A stretch of 64,000 nt of DNA. Origin: Bacteroidia bacterium (lineage in GTDB: Bacteria; Bacteroidota; Bacteroidia; UKL13-3). Positions 61,146 to 64,000 of the stretch are shown in pieces. The notes under the pieces were generated by a model. That model was not told the origin of the DNA, made no database searches, and saw nothing but the letters and a program-made list of their open reading frames with translations. The position numbers and the translations under genes were made by a program. The stretch covers positions 3,727 through 67,726 of the forward strand of contig JBAYIE010000021.1 in assembly GCA_041665785.1 (NCBI GenBank), read 5' to 3'. Numbering within the stretch: the stretch's first letter is position 1; every line of letters starts with the position of its first letter.

Positions 61146-61559
61146 ATGCCTCGCATCCTCGCTATTGATTATGGAACCCGTCGCGTGGGGTTGGCTGTTA
61201 CCGACCCCATGCAACTGGTGGCCAATACCCTGACCACCTTGCCGGAAAAGGAAGTGCTGGCCTTTTTAAAAAAGTATGTGGTCGAAGAGGATGTGGTAAC
61301 CCTTGTGGTTGGAAAACCATCGCGCATGGATGGCTCTGATACCCACGCTTCTCTTCCCGTAGAAAAATTTGTAACTTTGCTGCGCCAAACTTTTCCGCAT
61401 ATTCCTGTTCAGCAAGTGGATGAACGCTTTACATCCCGCATGGCACAACAATCATTGCTGGATATGGGTATGAAGAAAAAGGACCGGCAAAATAAGGGGA
61501 ATGTCGACCAGGTGAGTGCAGCTATTATTCTGCAAACCTGGATGGAGATGAACCGTTAA
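61146..61559 (+). CDS. ruvX: Holliday junction resolvase-like protein RuvX/YqgF (ORF begins 61044 at a TTG inside the repeat; likely start MPRILAIDYG at 61146)
   Basis: ILAIDYGTRRVGLAVTD N-terminal RNase H-like motif. 138 aa from the proposed start. Confidence 0.85.
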   Translation: MPRILAIDYGTRRVGLAVTDPMQLVANTLTTLPEKEVLAFLKKYVVEEDVVTLVVGKPSRMDGSDTHASLPVEKFVTLLRQTFPHIPVQQVDERFTSRMAQQSLLDMGMKKKDRQNKGNVDQVSAAIILQTWMEMNR

Positions 61560-61575
61560 CCGATAAACTTTTAAT

Positions 61576-62127
61576 ATGATTTTACCAATACTGGCATACG
61601 GAGATCCTGTATTACGCAAAAAGGGTGTGAACATTGATCACAAGTACCCGAAGTTGAACGAACTGATTGAAAATATGTTCGAAACCATGTATGCTTCGCG
61701 GGGTGTAGGATTGGCCGCACCGCAGGTAGGTAAATCGATCAACCTGTTTGTGATCGACACCGCGGCGTTTGAAGACGAAGAACAACCACCTATGAAAAAG
61801 GTTTTTATCAATGCCGAGATTGTGGAAGAAAGTGGTGATGAATGGGAATTTGAAGAAGGCTGCCTGAGCATTCCCGGAATTCGTGAAAATGTGTGGAGGG
61901 AAGATACATTGGTATTGCGTTATCAGGACGAAAATTTCCAATCCTTTGAAGAAACTTATACAGGTCTTGCAGCTCGAGTGATTCAACATGAATACGATCA
62001 TTGCATAGGCAAATTGTTTGTGGATCATCTGACGGAACTCAAAAAACGTTTGCTCAAAAACAGGCTGATGCGCATTTCGAAAGGGGATGTGGAAGTAAAT
62101 TATAAGATGAGGTTTCCGGTTAAATAA
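61576..62127 (+). CDS. def: peptide deformylase
   Basis: Motifs GVGLAAPQVG, EGCLSIPG, HEYDHC. Confidence 0.9.
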   Translation: MILPILAYGDPVLRKKGVNIDHKYPKLNELIENMFETMYASRGVGLAAPQVGKSINLFVIDTAAFEDEEQPPMKKVFINAEIVEESGDEWEFEEGCLSIPGIRENVWREDTLVLRYQDENFQSFEETYTGLAARVIQHEYDHCIGKLFVDHLTELKKRLLKNRLMRISKGDVEVNYKMRFPVK

Positions 62128-62264
62128 CAAGGATCCTGTTTCAATAAATATTTTAATTGGCTTACATATATTGTAATTCACGGACTGCAAGTCAGCGAAA
62201 ACGGAGATACAAAAAAATCCCTAACATCATTTTGAAAGGATAAGGCTGAATGTAGCAGGATGCC

Positions 62265-62423
62265 GCGCGAGGGATTGCCCTAAAGGTAAGCGAGCGCATC
62301 CTTTATGGGGAAAGCCCGCAGCGCAGCGAGGACTTGGAACGAAAAGCCCGACCCCTGAAGTAAAGCGCGTGAGATGTGTATTAAATAATAGTTTAATTGT
62401 GGCGCATACTTCAGGGGTCGCGT
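62265..62423 (+). repeat. copy C of structured intergenic repeat (GCGCGAGGGATTGCCCTAAAGG...AAAGCCCGCAGCGCAGCGAGGACTTGGAACG...hairpin CGACCCCTGAAGTA / TACTTCAGGGGTCG)
   Basis: Most complete copy. 14 bp perfect inverted repeat flanking a 44 nt loop. Lies in the convergent gap between def and gene 62535-63083. Confidence 0.8.
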
Positions 62424-62534
62424 CCAAATAAAAAAACTTTTGAACTTGAAGTGGGATTGTGGGTGCCTCAACAATTCGTTGAAGGCCTTCAGATGGTATA
62501 AAATAAAGATCTACGTTAACGTAGTTCAACAAAC

Positions 62535-63083
62535 TTATCTCCCTAAATACCGGCCAACAGACACCCCTATAAACGGAATATAAGCGGGTGTGAAATCATC
62601 TTTTACCGCAGATTTTAAATGGATCGGAGGTGTAATACCGCCACGCCAAATGAATTTTCCGTTTTTGGAATACATCCGGATTCCAACCCGGGGTATAATA
62701 AACAAGGCACTGGAATTCCTGTTTACTTCTCCACTCATCAAATAGGTTAGTCCTATTCCTGTTTCAAACAAAATTCTATCAGAACCTCTCAGGTAATTGA
62801 GCCCACCTGTAAAGCCGGTTAAGATTTGATCATTAAATGGTTTGCCCTTAAAAAACCATCCGGAAGCACCAAGACTGAAACAAAGTGCATTTGAGTTTTT
62901 ATTTAGCAATGCGGTTTCAATTGTTCCTGAAAGTAGCATTCCAGTGCCCAGCAATTCAATGTGAATTGTATATCCTTTCAGTTGTTCATGCTGTGCACAT
63001 ACCTGAAACGAATTCAAAGTCTGATAAAGTAGAATTAATGCGGTTACGGTTCTTATCATTAGTTGTGCATTTAGTTCCAACAT
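62535..63083 (-). CDS. hypothetical secreted beta-rich protein (possible outer-membrane protein); alt start 63059
   Basis: 182 aa. N-terminal hydrophobic signal-like segment, Gly/aromatic-rich beta pattern, C-terminal aromatic residues. Confidence 0.5.
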   Translation of the reverse strand: MLELNAQLMIRTVTALILLYQTLNSFQVCAQHEQLKGYTIHIELLGTGMLLSGTIETALLNKNSNALCFSLGASGWFFKGKPFNDQILTGFTGGLNYLRGSDRILFETGIGLTYLMSGEVNRNSSALFIIPRVGIRMYSKNGKFIWRGGITPPIHLKSAVKDDFTPAYIPFIGVSVGRYLGR

Positions 63084-63111
63084 CTAAACAACTGCACGCG
63101 AGTAAGAGCTG

Positions 63112-64000
63112 TTAATAGTTCAACAAACTTTCCAGTTTCACTGCAACTTTATCGGCATTGGGAAGCATTTCGGCTTCGAGACCCATATTGAGCGGAACGG
63201 CCGGAATATTTTTTGATCCAATGGTTGAAACCGGAGCATCGAGGAATTTGAAACAGGTTTGTGCAATACGTCCGGCCAGTGATTCAGCAAATGAATTCAA
63301 CAAAGCTTCTTCAGTAACCACCAAACATTTTCCATGGCGTTGAACGGCCTGCATGATCGCCTCTTCGTCGAGCGGTTGCAGCGAACGCAGATCCAGCACT
63401 TCAACACGTCCGGGGAATTGTTTGGCTGCTGTTAAACTCCAATACACACCCATGCCCCAGGTAACAATCACACAACTTTCTCCATTGTCAATTGCTTCTG
63501 CTGACGCATGTAAAACAGTATTGGCTTTTCCAAAAGGCAGCACATAATCTTCGTCGGGTTCGATGCATTTGGCAGCTTCGGTTCCAGGATTTTTACTCCA
63601 GTACAATCCTTTATGTTCGAGCATGATTACCGGATTGCCATCGTAATAAGCAGCCTTCATCAACCCTTTCATATCGGCGGCGTTGCTGGGATATGCGATC
63701 TTAATTCCTTTCAGGGTTAACAAGGTAGATTCGATGCTTCCGCTGTGGTAGGGGCCACCGCCTCCGTAAGCACCAATCGGAATGCGGATGACGGCACTCA
63801 CAGGAAATTTTCCCATGGTGAGGTAAGAAGATTTGGTGATCTCGCATACGAGTTGATTTACACCGGTCCACACATAATCGGCGAACTGAATTTCTACAAT
63901 CGGCTTCACACCGGCTGCACTCATTCCTACGGTTGAACCTACGATATAGGCTTCCTGAATAGGAGTATTGAATACACGGTCGTTTCCATATTTTACTGCC
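63112..64000 (-). CDS. alpha-keto acid (pyruvate/branched-chain) dehydrogenase E1 component beta subunit, N-terminal part runs off window
   Basis: Transketolase-like pyrimidine-binding and C-terminal domains (KPIVEIQFADY..., GGPYHS...). The frame stays open upstream of the listed ATG to the window edge (VKYGNDRVFNTPIQEAYIVGSTVG). Confidence 0.85.
   Translation of the reverse strand, partial: AVKYGNDRVFNTPIQEAYIVGSTVGMSAAGVKPIVEIQFADYVWTGVNQLVCEITKSSYLTMGKFPVSAVIRIPIGAYGGGGPYHSGSIESTLLTLKGIKIAYPSNAADMKGLMKAAYYDGNPVIMLEHKGLYWSKNPGTEAAKCIEPDEDYVLPFGKANTVLHASAEAIDNGESCVIVTWGMGVYWSLTAAKQFPGRVEVLDLRSLQPLDEEAIMQAVQRHGKCLVVTEEALLNSFAESLAGRIAQTCFKFLDAPVSTIGSKNIPAVPLNMGLEAEMLPNADKVAVKLESLLNY

Noticed and set aside
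61612-62190. 192 aa minus-strand ORF
   Set aside because: Fully antisense to def, which has unmistakable deformylase motifs. Shadow ORF.
62227-62532. 101 aa minus ORF covering repeat copy C
   Set aside because: Its sequence is dictated by the repeat element. The other repeat copies do not preserve the frame.
1-64000. Search for tRNA, rRNA and CRISPR arrays
   Set aside because: No cloverleaf-compatible GTTCGANTCC T-arm with matching acceptor stems, no rRNA-like conserved blocks, and no regularly spaced direct repeats of 25-40 nt with unique spacers were seen. The only tandem repeats are the degenerate minisatellite at 60.8-61.1 kb.

Overview
This is a 64 kb chromosomal segment from a Bacteroidetes-type genome. 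The codon usage, the sigma-A style TAnnTTTG -7 promoter motifs, the T9SS C-terminal sorting domains, the TonB-dependent receptor and the lipoprotein signal peptides all point that way. The core of the window is a complete minus-strand dcw (division and cell wall) operon at about 33.0-49.2 kb: mraZ, rsmH, ftsL, ftsI, murE, mraY, murD, ftsW, murG, murC, ftsQ, ftsA, ftsZ. Three GTGG boxes upstream of mraZ look like its operator. Other housekeeping genes are ettA, aspS, cysS, aroK, hup, feoAB, typA, ruvX, def, a DEAD-box helicase, a GlcD-like FAD oxidase, S9 and M28 peptidases and an amidohydrolase.

No rRNA, tRNA or CRISPR array was found.

The parts that deserve a second look are:
(i) An AT-richer left-end island (1-3.9 kb) that carries a HEPN-like protein with an Rx4H motif, a divergent unknown gene and a small tail-anchored protein.
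(ii) A small ORF plus a minimal AbiEii-like nucleotidyltransferase packed directly after aspS.
(iii) An uncharacterised protein just downstream of ftsZ whose His-Gly and Cys-His motifs follow hydrophobic strands in a caspase-like arrangement.
(iv) A three-copy (plus one fragment) structured intergenic repeat in which a stem base pair differs in a compensatory way between copies.
(v) Arrays of short YGTAAT-type tandem repeats, including a 300 bp minisatellite.
(vi) A cluster of secreted proteins with a shared Cys-bracketed domain and a T9SS type-B C-terminal domain.
(vii) A putative metal-acquisition locus: a Cys-rich membrane protein, a T9SS cargo protein, an HMA protein and a TonB-dependent receptor.

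All functional calls rest on motif-level reading of the translations. No database search was run.
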